Notes: generated by a model not told the origin, from the letters alone. 64,000 nt of DNA from Polyangiaceae bacterium (GCA_965222375.1 CBDCTZ010000015.1:1472001-1536000), one strand, 5' to 3'. Shown: positions 41,801 to 51,783, numbered from the stretch's first letter. Translations and numbers: made by a program.

Positions 41801-42376
41801 CTACGCGGGCCGCCCGAGACGCCGTGCTCCTGCCAAGAACACCGCGCCACAGAACCAGAGCCACTCGTAGGGACGCGGCTTCGAGCTGAGAGCCGAGCAC
41901 GCGCCACACCCCTTGCGCGTCGCCGCGTCCGAGCTTGATTTCGCCGGCCACGTGGCAGGCCGTACACTTCCAGCGCCGCCGTCGCTGGTGCTTGGCGCAC
42001 GGCCGGGCCCCAACCGTTTGATCCAATCGGTCGGTGCCATCCGCGTGCCACCACACAAACTTGCTGAGAGTTCACCCTTCTTGGTCAGATTGGCGAACAC
42101 TAGGTAGCGCTTTCCAGATTCGAAAGAGGCGCTCCGCATGCCAAGCGACTCGATATACACATGCTTGGCGACGTCCCCTTTGAAGACCCTATCAACTTGG
42201 AATTCCGCGCGAGGCGACTGGCCTGTGTTGCCCATGGCTGTGGCCGTGCCCGAAAATACGAATCGAGCGCCCTCCTTCGAGTCCTCGAACCCGGCCGGCC
42301 CACAGGATGTCGCCTGCGATGCACGGGAGGTTAGTAACATCAACGCGGCGACAAGAGCTGCTAGGTAGGCTCGCAT
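41801..42376 (-). CDS. Secreted TIMP/netrin-like protein with MYXO-CTERM-like tail
   Basis: ATSC...VFSG...V.RVFKG...F..GKRYLVFA...LC.GT; ends GCGACS + hydrophobic segment + RR. Confidence 0.65.
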   Translation of the reverse strand: MRAYLAALVAALMLLTSRASQATSCGPAGFEDSKEGARFVFSGTATAMGNTGQSPRAEFQVDRVFKGDVAKHVYIESLGMRSASFESGKRYLVFANLTKKGELSASLCGGTRMAPTDWIKRLGPGRAPSTSDGGAGSVRPATWPAKSSSDAATRKGCGACSALSSKPRPYEWLWFCGAVFLAGARRLGRPA

Positions 42377-42600
42377 GACTATGGGCCGGAGCATGCCACA
42401 GTCACCCGATGATTGAACGCTCGCAGTCGCGTGTCGCGCCGGGTTTAGCCAGCGCCGGCGAAACTTTCGATTCGAACGAGCTCAGTTCCCGAGTGGGCTT
42501 GGTCCGTCGCGATAGAGACGACGAACTGCTCATGACGTTGCGACCAGCCGAAGTACCTGCGCCCGTCGGTCTGCTGGATCACGAATGGCCTCTGTTCTCT

Positions 42601-42713
42601 CAAATCAGCCGTCATTCCACCCTGAATGAAACAAACTTGTTCGTGGATCGGAGGTTACGTGCACTTTCCACGTCGTGTTTTCGCGCGAACGCTTTGGTCG
42701 GCCTAGACTCTCC
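42601..42713. repeat. Dispersed repeat R3, copy 2 (long)
   Basis: Aligns with 49798-49910 through CTAGACTCTCC. Confidence 0.9.
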
Positions 42714-44063
42714 CAGCTGCGACGCAACAAGCACTATGCCGCCCGGGCACTGGCAGACATGGGGGACCGCGCGTCGAGCCCGGCGGTGTTGGCGCTGCTA
42801 CGCAGCCTCGAACGGGACGGATTCAACCTTTGGCGCGACACCCTGGACACGCTGCCGCGCCTCGACCCTCTGCGCGCTCAAGCCTACGCCCTCGATCTGA
42901 TCCGCCGGGCGACACGAAATCCTGGCGTGCTGAAAAAGAACTCCCAACTACTGAAAGACGTGCTGCCCCTCGTCATCACACCCAGCGCTGGAGCTCGGGA
43001 TGTGATCGAGCGGGCCGCCTTCACTCTCGTGACTGACGACGCCGCCGCCCGCGGACACTTCTCCGGCGCCTGCGAACTAGTCGCCGCGCAGGTTCGCATG
43101 GGCAACACCCAATTGTGGACGGAGCTGCGCCGCGAGCTCGCAACGGATCTGCGCACCCAGCGTGCCGTCGCTTGCTACAGCAAGTGGATGCCGGTCGTGT
43201 TTCCCGGCCATGATTCTGACGAAGCAGACGTCTGGATGCACCGCCAGCGCTACGAGGCGCTCCTGAACTGGCTCGTACGCACCCGGGATAGTGAACCCAG
43301 TCAAGACGACGTCGATGCCCGGCGCCGCTTGCTGGTCTGGTTGAAGGCCCGCTCGAAGAAGCCCGACATCGTCAAGAACGAACGCGACCGACGCTATTCG
43401 CCGACGAAACGGGCGCTGCACCTGGCGGCGCTGGCCGCCATGGGCGATCCGAAAGCACGACGCGACTTGGAGGCTCTGATCGAGGATCCGTCAGATGAGG
43501 GCACCGCACCGTGGATCGCAGCCTACTACGCCTTGCGCCTCGAGCTCGTCGGCGCGACGGATCTCGCTGCAGCGCGCCTGCGCCTGGGTATCGCCAAGTC
43601 GACGCGTCGCTTCTCGAGCAAACGCTGGGACCGGCGCGGCGCAGTCAACATCACCGAACAAGGTCACGTGATCGAAGAGTTGGCACGTCGTGGTGACAGT
43701 CGTTTCGCTCTGGGCCTGCTGAGCCGCTCGGTCTTCGATCGCGAGCTGACCGCGATGCTTGTCGCACGCCGCAAGCCGGCACGAGCATGCGAGCTCGTGG
43801 GCAACGCAGCGGCCGGAGCTCAGCGCCAAGCTGTCGATGACGCCTTTTGGTCCCTCAGCGTGCTCGGGAGCAAGTGCCGAACGACTATGCGGCGCCTCAC
43901 GAGGGATCCGTCTCAATCGCCATCGGTTCGCGGCATGGCCAACGAGTACTTGGCCATGCTGCGGGACAAATCGGTTCCGTCTCAGAGCGCTACCTTGCTG
44001 CGTGACCGCGACCATCGCGCCAGCGCACAGCGCGCTCGGATCATCTACACTGCAAGAGAGTGA
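42714..44063 (+). pseudogene. Alpha-helical HEAT-like protein, apparently 5'-truncated at R3
   Basis: About 450-codon open frame (AARALADMGD, ALAAMGDP); its only upstream start lies inside the repeat. Confidence 0.6.
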
Positions 44064-44101
44064 GAGTGCGAGAAGCTTGCTGGGGTCTGCAGGGACCAAA
44101 T

Positions 44102-44641
44102 ATGTGGCGAGCGGCGCTGGCCACGCTGGCGGCAAGCTGCGCCGGTGCGTGTGGGGCCGCCAATACGCGCACCGATACGCCAACTCCTCCGAAGCCTCAG
44201 GCGCCGACGGTCGTCCAAGTGCCAAGCGCCGCAGGATCGTCCGACCAGGAGGCGGCCAATGCGGGCGCGAACATCAGGCGGCGGGGCTCGAGGACGCCCC
44301 CACCTTCCGAGCTCGAAGCAGGCGGTCGGGGAGGGCGGCTGCCGGAGATGAGTGTGTGCCCCGTGGATCAGGGCACGGCGACCGATCTAAACGGAGATGG
44401 GCGCCCGGACGTGTACGTGGTGAAGCAGGCTGGCAATCTGGTGTGTCGGGCGTTGGACTTGAACGGGGATGGCTTGGTGGACGTCGTCGAGCTGCACGAC
44501 GAGGCCGGAGCGGTGGTGGCCAAGCTGTCGGACCTCGACGCCGACGCACACACAGATGAAATGCGGCGCTACCGGAATGGGAAACTCATCAGCGTCGAGC
44601 GTGATCTCGATGGCGACGGTGTCATCGATTCATCAAAGTAG
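44102..44641 (+). CDS. Lipoprotein with DLNGDG Ca-binding repeats
   Basis: AGAC lipobox; DLNGDG x2, DLDAD, DLDGDG. Confidence 0.75.
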   Translation: MWRAALATLAASCAGACGAANTRTDTPTPPKPQAPTVVQVPSAAGSSDQEAANAGANIRRRGSRTPPPSELEAGGRGGRLPEMSVCPVDQGTATDLNGDGRPDVYVVKQAGNLVCRALDLNGDGLVDVVELHDEAGAVVAKLSDLDADAHTDEMRRYRNGKLISVERDLDGDGVIDSSK

Positions 44642-44650
44642 GTGGGGCGG

Positions 44651-45024
44651 CTAGTCCAACGGATTCAGCTTGTCCTGTGTCTTGGTTTCGAAGTCGCTGG
44701 CGTCGTGGCGTTCCCACAGCTGGGTCTCTGGCTTGCCGAAGGAGCGATTGACCATGCGGCCGCGCTTGGCGGCGGGGCGCTCGGCGATTTCCTTGGTCCA
44801 ACGGTTTACGTGAATGTAACTGGCGGCATCCAGAAATTCCGCGGCGTCGTAAACGTGTCCGGCGACTAGTGCGCCGTACCAAGGCCAGGTTGCGATGTCC
44901 GCGACTGTGTAGTCATCCCCCGCAAGGTAGCGATTGTCCGCCAACCGCTTGTCCAATACGTCGAGCTGGCGTTTTACCTCCATGGCAAACCGGTCGATGG
45001 CGTACTCGATCTTGACCGGAGCGT
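44651..45024 (-). pseudogene. yghU: C-terminal half of a YghU-type glutathione-dependent disulfide oxidoreductase (GST nu class)
   Basis: APVKIEYAIDRFAMEVKRQLDVLD...DIATWPWYG...AAEFLD...ERHDASDF; the N-terminal domain is replaced by the REP array. Confidence 0.85.
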
Positions 45025-45475
45025 TGCCGATGCAGCTCTCGAACGGACGGACCGGAAGATCCGACCGAGGGAGTCATCCCCCGCAAGGTAGCGATTGTCC
45101 GCCAACCGCTTGTCCAATACGTCGAGCTGGCGTTTTACCTCCATGGCAAACCGGTCGATGGCGTACTCGATCTTGACCGGAGCGTTGCCGATGCAGCTCT
45201 CGAACGGACGGACCGGAAGATCCCGGAAGATCCGACCGGAAGATCCGACCGAGGGTGAACCTGCCGATGCAGCTCTCGAACGGAAGATCCTGAACCTGCC
45301 GATGCAGCTCTCGAACGGAAGATCCCACGGAAGATCCGACCGAGGGTGAACCGCAACGGAAGATCCCAACGGAAGATCCGACCGAGGGTGAACCGCCGAT
45401 GCAGCTCAGATCCGACAGATAACGGACGGAAGCCGGAAGATCCGACCGAGGGTGAACCTGCCGATGCAGCTCAGC
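45025..45475. repeat. Stuttered REP-like array including a duplicated yghU segment
   Basis: Multiple full and partial GAAGATCCGACCGAGGGTGAACC and TGCCGATGCAGCTC units; 44911-45060 repeated from 45072. Confidence 0.9.
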
Positions 45476-46730
45476 TGCGACCGGCGCGGCTCGAGGGACA
45501 GCGAGCATTGGACGAACTGGTGGCTGTTTCCTCGGTCAAGCGCGCCGCTGCGCCGCGCTGGCGCGTAAGAACCGGCGATGGACAAACCTCTCGGTTGCAT
45601 CGTAGTGACCGTTCGGGCTTGGCCAACAGGAAGGTCGGCTATGCGGGCGTTGGCGCGCAGCGGACGCCGTAGAGTTGGCTGAGTTTCCAGGTGCCGGGTG
45701 GGAATAGGACCTTGCTCACGCCCCGCTTGAGGCGTTCTAGACTGGCCCGGTACGCCTCCAGGAACTGGCGGCGGTGGGCAAGCCAGTGCGCGGCCGCTTT
45801 GGCGTTGCCGGACGCCGAAAACAGGGGGAAGCGCTCTCCGAACTCTTCCCAGCTGGCAGCGCGGGACGTTACCTTGACACGCGTCACTCGCTTGGCGTTC
45901 TGGAACCCGCGCCCTTCGCGTCGGGCGGCTGCACGGGCTGCTTGGACCTTGTCGTCCACCACCTTCTGGATCGTGCGGCATGCGGCGTCTCGATTGCCAT
46001 GGGCCTTCAACAGTTGGTGCGGGAGAGTGATCGCGATCTCGGCGGTCTCCGGCCATTGCGGATTGTTGGGATCGAGATACACGTCGGGTCGCCGAACACG
46101 CACGACTCGGCGACCGATATCATCCGCAAGGACCTTCACGCCCGGCCAGGCCTTTGGCGAGCGAACCAGGAAGGCCGCGACGCAATTGGCAATCACGTAG
46201 GCGATCTTGTTCACGATCGACCCGGCCGTCAGAAGTTCTACGCAGCTCATTGCAGTTCGGCTGAAGACTTCTTCCGGCCAGCCGCGATGGCACTTTACGG
46301 CGTTGGCCAGCAACCGGTTTCGCAGCTCGAAGAACTTCGGAAGGTTGCCCCGGGTGTCCGTGAGCACCTCATGGATGTGGTTCGAGAGCACCTGGACGCA
46401 ATGGACCTGAATGCCCAGCTGCGCTGCGACCACCGCCGTGAAGTACCAATAGAGCTGCTGGATGGTTCCGTCCTGATCCGGCCGCAGCAAGAAGTGACGG
46501 CGGACCACTCGCCTTGTCACTATGTAGGTCCGGTTGGGCAGCACTGCGCGGGGTCGCGACATGGCCGCAGTGGTAGCGAGCCCCGTGCCAGCCGGATCCC
46601 GCCAAAAGACGCGCCGTTTGTGGCTTCCGAGAGCGTGGCAGAACCTGGCGACTGGCTGGCGGGCGCCACCCTGAGCCCCACACCCGTTGATTCGCGGTCG
46701 GATCGCCGGGTCACCCTCGGTCGGATCTTC
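45436..46730 (-). mobile_element. RAYT cassette bounded by inverted REP-like ends
   Basis: GAAGATCCGACCGAGGGTGA at 45436 and its reverse complement ending at 46730. Confidence 0.8.
45639..46562 (-). CDS. Y1 HUH transposase, REP-associated (RAYT / IS200-like)
   Basis: MSRPR..LP..TY.VTRR; VLSNHIH (HuH); AYVIANCV (catalytic Tyr, YxxxNPV-like); C-terminal FPPGT. Confidence 0.85.
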   Translation of the reverse strand: MSRPRAVLPNRTYIVTRRVVRRHFLLRPDQDGTIQQLYWYFTAVVAAQLGIQVHCVQVLSNHIHEVLTDTRGNLPKFFELRNRLLANAVKCHRGWPEEVFSRTAMSCVELLTAGSIVNKIAYVIANCVAAFLVRSPKAWPGVKVLADDIGRRVVRVRRPDVYLDPNNPQWPETAEIAITLPHQLLKAHGNRDAACRTIQKVVDDKVQAARAAARREGRGFQNAKRVTRVKVTSRAASWEEFGERFPLFSASGNAKAAAHWLAHRRQFLEAYRASLERLKRGVSKVLFPPGTWKLSQLYGVRCAPTPA

Positions 46731-46880
46731 TGTCTGTCTTGCCGGATCCCGCCAAAAGACGCGCCGTTTGTGGCTTCCGAGAGCGTGGCAGAACCTGGCG
46801 ACTGGCTGGCGGGCGCCACCCTGAGCCCCACACCCGTTGATTCGCGGTCGGATCGCCGGGTCACCCTCGGTCGGATCTTC
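46591..46880. repeat. 140-bp direct duplication of the RAYT upstream end including the REP
   Basis: 46591-46730 matches 46741-46880, joined by TGTCTGTCTT. Confidence 0.9.
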
Positions 46881-46912
46881 GTGATCTTCGTCGTCTGTCG
46901 GTCGGATCCCGG

Positions 46913-47047
46913 GAAGATCCGACCGAGGGTGAACCCCGCCGATGCAGTTCAGATCGCGGCTGGCGCGCACTGAAGGACAGCGAGTCATGGGCGCCACAAC
47001 CCGTTGATCCGCGGTCAGATCGCCGGGTCACCCTCGGTCGGATCTTC
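46913..47047. mobile_element. 135-bp REPIN/MITE-like mini-element
   Basis: Inverted 20-bp REP ends; left interior resembles 45456-45510 and right interior resembles 46660-46710. Confidence 0.8.
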
Positions 47048-47421
47048 TTCTGCTCCGATCTTCTTCTACGGCGTGAGCCCGAAACGCATTTGCCCGGCAC
47101 GCTGCTGAACGACTGCTGACGAAGAACGCTGACCTTTCCACATGCTGCACCTCCACGCCCGGGGAGCGGCCGGGCTTCGGAAGGGCACGGCGCCCCTGAG
47201 GGGTTCCCTTCGGTCTCAGGCTCCGTGACACGCCCGAGGAAGAACGCGCGCCGTGCCGTGAGCGTGAGCGAGCCAGGCATTGCCGCTCACGTCGGGGCGT
47301 GGCGCGGAGCGTGCGCCCAACGCAGAAGCCTGGCCTGCGGGCGGGAGTGGGCGGACGTGGTGTCGGTGCCCACGCCGCGGCCACCCCTTGGTGCTTGGGA
47401 GGCGGCCTGTCCTTGACGCAG

Positions 47422-48429
47422 CTACTTACACTTGAAGTTAGGCAACGCCGCATCGCCAGGGTCGCACACCCCAGAGCAACAGGCCGTTTGCGCGATCCCG
47501 CAGGGCGCGCCAGAGGGTATGCAACACTTGCCACCCTCGCAGGACACTTGCGTGCCGAAAACTCCACAGCATTCACCAACGCTCCCGCACGCGTCGCCGG
47601 GCGGGCGGCAGCAGTGGTTTAGCGTGCACGGCATCGTCGGATCGCAGCAATCGTTCGCGCTTGCACAGGAATCGAACGCGTTCCCACAACACTTGCCGTT
47701 CTTGCAGCTGCCGCTGCAACAGTCAGAAGGCTTGGAGCACACCTGACCCGTCGTGCCGCAACAGGCCCCATTGGGGCACGCCAAGGCGCCGCAGCAATCC
47801 CCGGCGGTGCTGCATTTAGCTGAGGTGCCCCCGCAGCAACTTCCTCCTACACAAAAGCCTCCGCCGCAACACTCCCCAGCAAAGCTGCACGGGAATTTGT
47901 TAGGCACGCATGCGACGCACTTGCCGCTCTCGCATCGGCCCGAGCAGCAGTCGGTCGCGTTGAGGCAACTCTCACCGTCGAGTTCGCATGGGAGGCAGCT
48001 TCCACCATAGCAGGATAGCTTTGGCTGCTTGCAGCACTGCGTGGTCTGCGCGCACGTTCCAGACTCCGCGACGCACGGGGCGCACTCGCCATTTGAGCAG
48101 GATTCACTGCAACACTCCGTGAACGCGCTGCACGACATGCCTCCGGGCTTGCACGTCGCTCCACCGCCCGCGCCACCAGTTCCCGAGGTGCCCGCGCTGC
48201 CGCCGCTTCCCGACATGCCCGCGCCAGCCGCGGTCCCACCGGTTCCGGTGGTAGCACCCAATCCGGACGTGCCGCTGGCGCCGGAGACTCCGCTTGAGCC
48301 ACCGCCGCTCGCGCTGACGTCCGAGCCTGCGTCCTTCGAACCGTTCGGTCCTTCCGTGTCGTCAGCGGACGAGCAGGCAGCCGCGATCGCCAAGGCAGCG
48401 AGAAGCAACAACGCCCGTCGACCCCACAT
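47422..48429 (-). CDS. Lipoprotein with Gly linker and many C-C-CC-C-C(C) knottin-like repeats
   Basis: AAAC-SS lipobox; about nine Cys-rich modules. Confidence 0.8.
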   Translation of the reverse strand: MWGRRALLLLAALAIAAACSSADDTEGPNGSKDAGSDVSASGGGSSGVSGASGTSGLGATTGTGGTAAGAGMSGSGGSAGTSGTGGAGGGATCKPGGMSCSAFTECCSESCSNGECAPCVAESGTCAQTTQCCKQPKLSCYGGSCLPCELDGESCLNATDCCSGRCESGKCVACVPNKFPCSFAGECCGGGFCVGGSCCGGTSAKCSTAGDCCGALACPNGACCGTTGQVCSKPSDCCSGSCKNGKCCGNAFDSCASANDCCDPTMPCTLNHCCRPPGDACGSVGECCGVFGTQVSCEGGKCCIPSGAPCGIAQTACCSGVCDPGDAALPNFKCK

Positions 48430-48871
48430 GAGAACCAGTGTCCCAGGGTTGAACGCCCCCGACAACTGCAGGCGTGTATCCAAGCTTGACGAAGATCAGC
48501 ATAGGTAGCTTGTCCATCATGGTGGCGTTCACGCAACTTAGCGAAACTCCGACCAAAACCGGCACGTTGGGCAGAAGTTGCACAACAACAACGCCCGAGT
48601 GCGTACGGCAAGTCAAAGTCCGAGCCCCGAGGCACCGACTTCCCCCTGCCGCGCGAGCGCTTGCCGCAATGTGACCCCCGACGCTGGCCGCTCGCCCACA
48701 ATCGCGAAGAGGTTTCGCACTTAGGGAAGGAGCCCGCCTATCCACAAGCCGATGAAAAGTTGCACAAGTTGAGCAGATTCTGCACAACAACCACCGACGT
48801 CTCATTCCTGCGTGCCGCGCGCCGACCTCCTGCTGCCCTACCTGCGTGTGGAGTTCAGCGATGTCGCGAAG

Positions 48872-49744
48872 TCAGAGATTGCACTCGACCTTGCAGTTGG
48901 CGGTAAGGCAATTGGCCAGTTGCCCGAAGACTTGCGCGCCAATTGGATTGTTGGAGATACAGTTTTGGACGCAGGCGGTGTCCCCGCTCGCACAGTTCGC
49001 TGCGCAGGTGGTGAGTGCTGTGCACTCGGCACTTGTGTTGCAGGCCGCCGATTCTGCAGAACACTTCGCAGCACTGCAGGAGGGACAGTCCCCACCCCCG
49101 GTGCCTCCGGAACCTGGGCCCGCCCCGGTTCCGCTCACCCCTCCGGAACCTCCCGTTGCCGAGACTCCACCTGTGCCTCCCGCGGGTGGATCCCCCTTGC
49201 AGCTCGCAGTCGGAGATGTGCCCGCCGCACACTGTGTCACCCGAAACACATCACACGTGGCCACGACCTGGCCACCCGAGCATCCGATGTCCGTTGATGT
49301 GCAGGTGCACACACCCGTGGGACTGAGACAGCAGTACGGGGTCGTGGCTCCGTCGCAAACGTTGAGCGGCCCGTCGGCGTGTATCGTGCCGCAGGTGCAC
49401 CCCAAACCATCTTGTTTGCAGCCCACGCTTCTGCACTCGCACGATCCGGTGCTGGGGTAACCTGGCGACTTGCAGCACACAGTGCCTCGGCCGTCTGGGG
49501 GAGCGCAGCGCGGTAGGCCTGTAGCGTCGTCGAACCCGTGGTTGGGATCGGCAACGCAGGAGCATCCCAGATTGAGGTCGGTGCAATGAACATCTGGCGA
49601 CGAACCTCCGGCGCCACCGGCTCCGCCCGACATGCCGCCATCAAGAACGCCGCCACTGCTTCCGCCGGACGAACACGCGAGCGCGAGAGAAATCACTCCC
49701 GCAATCCCTGCGACGTTGCGTGCGTTGGCAATCCACCAATGCAT
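48872..49744 (-). CDS. Cys-rich lipoprotein
   Basis: LALAC-SS lipobox; C-terminal helical Cys module resembling that of 29319-30035. Confidence 0.8.
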   Translation of the reverse strand: MHWWIANARNVAGIAGVISLALACSSGGSSGGVLDGGMSGGAGGAGGSSPDVHCTDLNLGCSCVADPNHGFDDATGLPRCAPPDGRGTVCCKSPGYPSTGSCECRSVGCKQDGLGCTCGTIHADGPLNVCDGATTPYCCLSPTGVCTCTSTDIGCSGGQVVATCDVFRVTQCAAGTSPTASCKGDPPAGGTGGVSATGGSGGVSGTGAGPGSGGTGGGDCPSCSAAKCSAESAACNTSAECTALTTCAANCASGDTACVQNCISNNPIGAQVFGQLANCLTANCKVECNL

Positions 49745-49797
49745 GAAGCACCTCCCTAGGACACCAAGCTACCCATCGAATTGCGCGCCTGCAATCC

Positions 49798-49910
49798 CAA
49801 ATCAGCCATCATTCCACCCTGAATGAAACAACTTGTTCGTGGATCGAAAGGTTACGTCAACTTCCCACGCCGTGTTTCGGCGCGAACGCTTTGGTCCGCC
49901 TAGACTCTCC
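49798..49910. repeat. Dispersed repeat R3, copy 3 (includes the abiEii stop codon)
   Basis: CAAATCAGCCATCATTCCACCCTGAATGAAAC...CTAGACTCTCC. Confidence 0.9.
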
Positions 49911-50766
49911 ACAGTCGATCGAAGCGCGACAGCACGGCAAGCAGGTCAAATGGTGGGGCGTTGACTCGTAGCACGGACCTCAGCTCGTCTCCTGCTGCAC
50001 GGATCAGGCGGTTGCGCTCGGCGTCAGTCATTCCGAACCCGGGCGGCTGTTGCAGTAGTGGGGGAGCATCAAGCTCCGCGAGCTTTGCGTCGACCAACCG
50101 AACGAACTGCACGGAATTGAAGTCCTTTCCGGCCTCCGCGAGTGAGTCTAGATCGTAGTAGTCGCGAATTGCGCGACGTGTGAACGCTGCCCGAACTTTT
50201 TCAGCCCGTGCTTCGTCCTCGTCGAGCGCCCAACAATACGCCTCTTGTAGGCGGCTGAGTTCTGCGCCTAGAAGCTGTTTCAACAGAGTGCGCCGTGGAG
50301 CCTGTAGTCGTGGTCGCAGCGTTGCTTCCACGAGGATCTGCTGTGGACCGAAGTCGGACTCATAGCGGAGCGTCCACTGCGCATGAGCATCGCGCTCCGA
50401 ACGTTCGCCGTGTGGAAACGGCAACGTTACGCCGACACTTTCTGCTACCGCGACCAACGCCCCGCGCAGCTCGTTCACTCGGAGCGCGTTGGTGCGCTTG
50501 CGAGATGCCGCCGAGCCAGGAAGGACCAAGTCCACGTCTTCTGACATCCTGAGGAATCCCAGGTCGACCTTGCTGAGCAGCGTTCCTCCCCTGAGCAACG
50601 CACGCTCGCCCAGCACCTGCGCGATTGCCCAGATCAATCGCGTTAGGTAGTAGTCCTTTTCGACCATCACTGGTTGCAAGCGCTCCGCCGCCGCAATTTC
50701 TCTGGCAAGGTCTGCGAGGTGCGCACGCTTCAGGGGCGCCGGAAGCTCAACTTCGGGCTGCGCCAT
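49900..50766 (-). CDS. abiEii: AbiEii/AbiGii nucleotidyltransferase toxin (type IV TA)
   Basis: VEKDY, RGGTLL, RMSEDVDL, AEKVRA, RDYYDL. Confidence 0.9.
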   Translation of the reverse strand: MAQPEVELPAPLKRAHLADLAREIAAAERLQPVMVEKDYYLTRLIWAIAQVLGERALLRGGTLLSKVDLGFLRMSEDVDLVLPGSAASRKRTNALRVNELRGALVAVAESVGVTLPFPHGERSERDAHAQWTLRYESDFGPQQILVEATLRPRLQAPRRTLLKQLLGAELSRLQEAYCWALDEDEARAEKVRAAFTRRAIRDYYDLDSLAEAGKDFNSVQFVRLVDAKLAELDAPPLLQQPPGFGMTDAERNRLIRAAGDELRSVLRVNAPPFDLLAVLSRFDRLWRV

Positions 50767-51559
50767 CGTTCTCCACGACCCGCCACCGGGGATGCACGGG
50801 GCCCTCGCGGCGTCGATCGGGCCACAGCGACAAAACCGAACGGGTTTCGGATATGCGCGCCGACAAGGGGGCAAGCGTCCGCGGCGGCACGCCGGCGCGT
50901 TCGAGCAGTATCGCTAGGCGCTGGCAAGAGCTTGGGCGAGAGACTTGAGTCGCGTGCGAGACGATTCGCTTGGCGTTGGCCTGAGTGAGAACGCTGCTCA
51001 TCTGCTCGACGGCTTCCGAGAGTGAGCCGAGAAGCCTCGGGTGATCGAGAGCGTCCAGCATCGTGCGCTCGAGGTCGCTCACGTAGACTTCGGTGTTCTC
51101 AATGAGCGTTCGTTCGACGCCGATGGCAAGATGGGCGCGTGCGACGCGATGAAAGCAAATCCGTGCGTTGGCTAGCTGATGCACCGGACGCCACTTCGCC
51201 ACGAACGCATCTATTCGCGATGCTGGAATTTGGCGTGTCAGGTTGTGCAACCACCACGCCCAGCGGCCGCCGAGGTAGTGAGGCTCGGCCGCCAACAAGT
51301 GAGTCGCGGCGACGGGTGCTGAGATCGTCCAGCCTCGACCGTGGGCCCGGAAAGGTCGAACCGAATACAACCCGCGACCGATGCGCTCGAGCACCCGTTT
51401 TCTCGTTAGCGAACGCACGAGCTCATAGGCGCGACGGCGCCCGTGCCACTCACTGAGCTCATCAAGTGTGACGACGCTGCGCCCTTGTCGCTCCAGTCGC
51501 GCGAGCACGGCCGCTTCGAGCTTCGACAGCGATGTTCCTTGGTAGAAAGATGTAGCCAT
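50747..51559 (-). CDS. abiEi: AbiEi antitoxin (type IV TA)
   Basis: N-terminal wHTH LERIGRGLY; VSDLERTMLD.LDHP; overlaps the toxin start. Confidence 0.85.
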   Translation of the reverse strand: MATSFYQGTSLSKLEAAVLARLERQGRSVVTLDELSEWHGRRRAYELVRSLTRKRVLERIGRGLYSVRPFRAHGRGWTISAPVAATHLLAAEPHYLGGRWAWWLHNLTRQIPASRIDAFVAKWRPVHQLANARICFHRVARAHLAIGVERTLIENTEVYVSDLERTMLDALDHPRLLGSLSEAVEQMSSVLTQANAKRIVSHATQVSRPSSCQRLAILLERAGVPPRTLAPLSARISETRSVLSLWPDRRREGPVHPRWRVVENDGAARS

Positions 51560-51592
51560 TTTGTTGAAATATTACAAAAATGGATATTCAAT
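51553..51592 (-). promoter_or_regulatory. AT-rich inverted repeat over the abiEi start and promoter
   Basis: CCATTTTGT...ACAAAAATGG in a very AT-rich patch. Confidence 0.55.
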
Positions 51593-51783
51593 CTACACGC
51601 CGGAAAGGCCGCTGGCAAGTGGAGTTGCCTCGGGCGCACCCTTTCCGCCTCGGCTTCGCTACTGGAAGGGCTTGAGCGTGGGTGAACGCTTCGGTCTTTC
51701 AGATGCCGCCCGGAACGGGCCTGGCAGGCCTATGCATCCAGGATATCGTCGGCGCTCGTACCCCGGAGCCGTGTACTGAACCT

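Noticed and set aside
45025..45475. CRISPR-like array beside a nuclease
   Set aside because: Intervening sequences are partial copies of the repeat itself with irregular period; a REP/RAYT explanation fits better
46563..46997. 452-aa RAYT with a repeated N-terminus
   Set aside because: The extension is translated REP and duplicated DNA; the typical MSRPR start is at 46562
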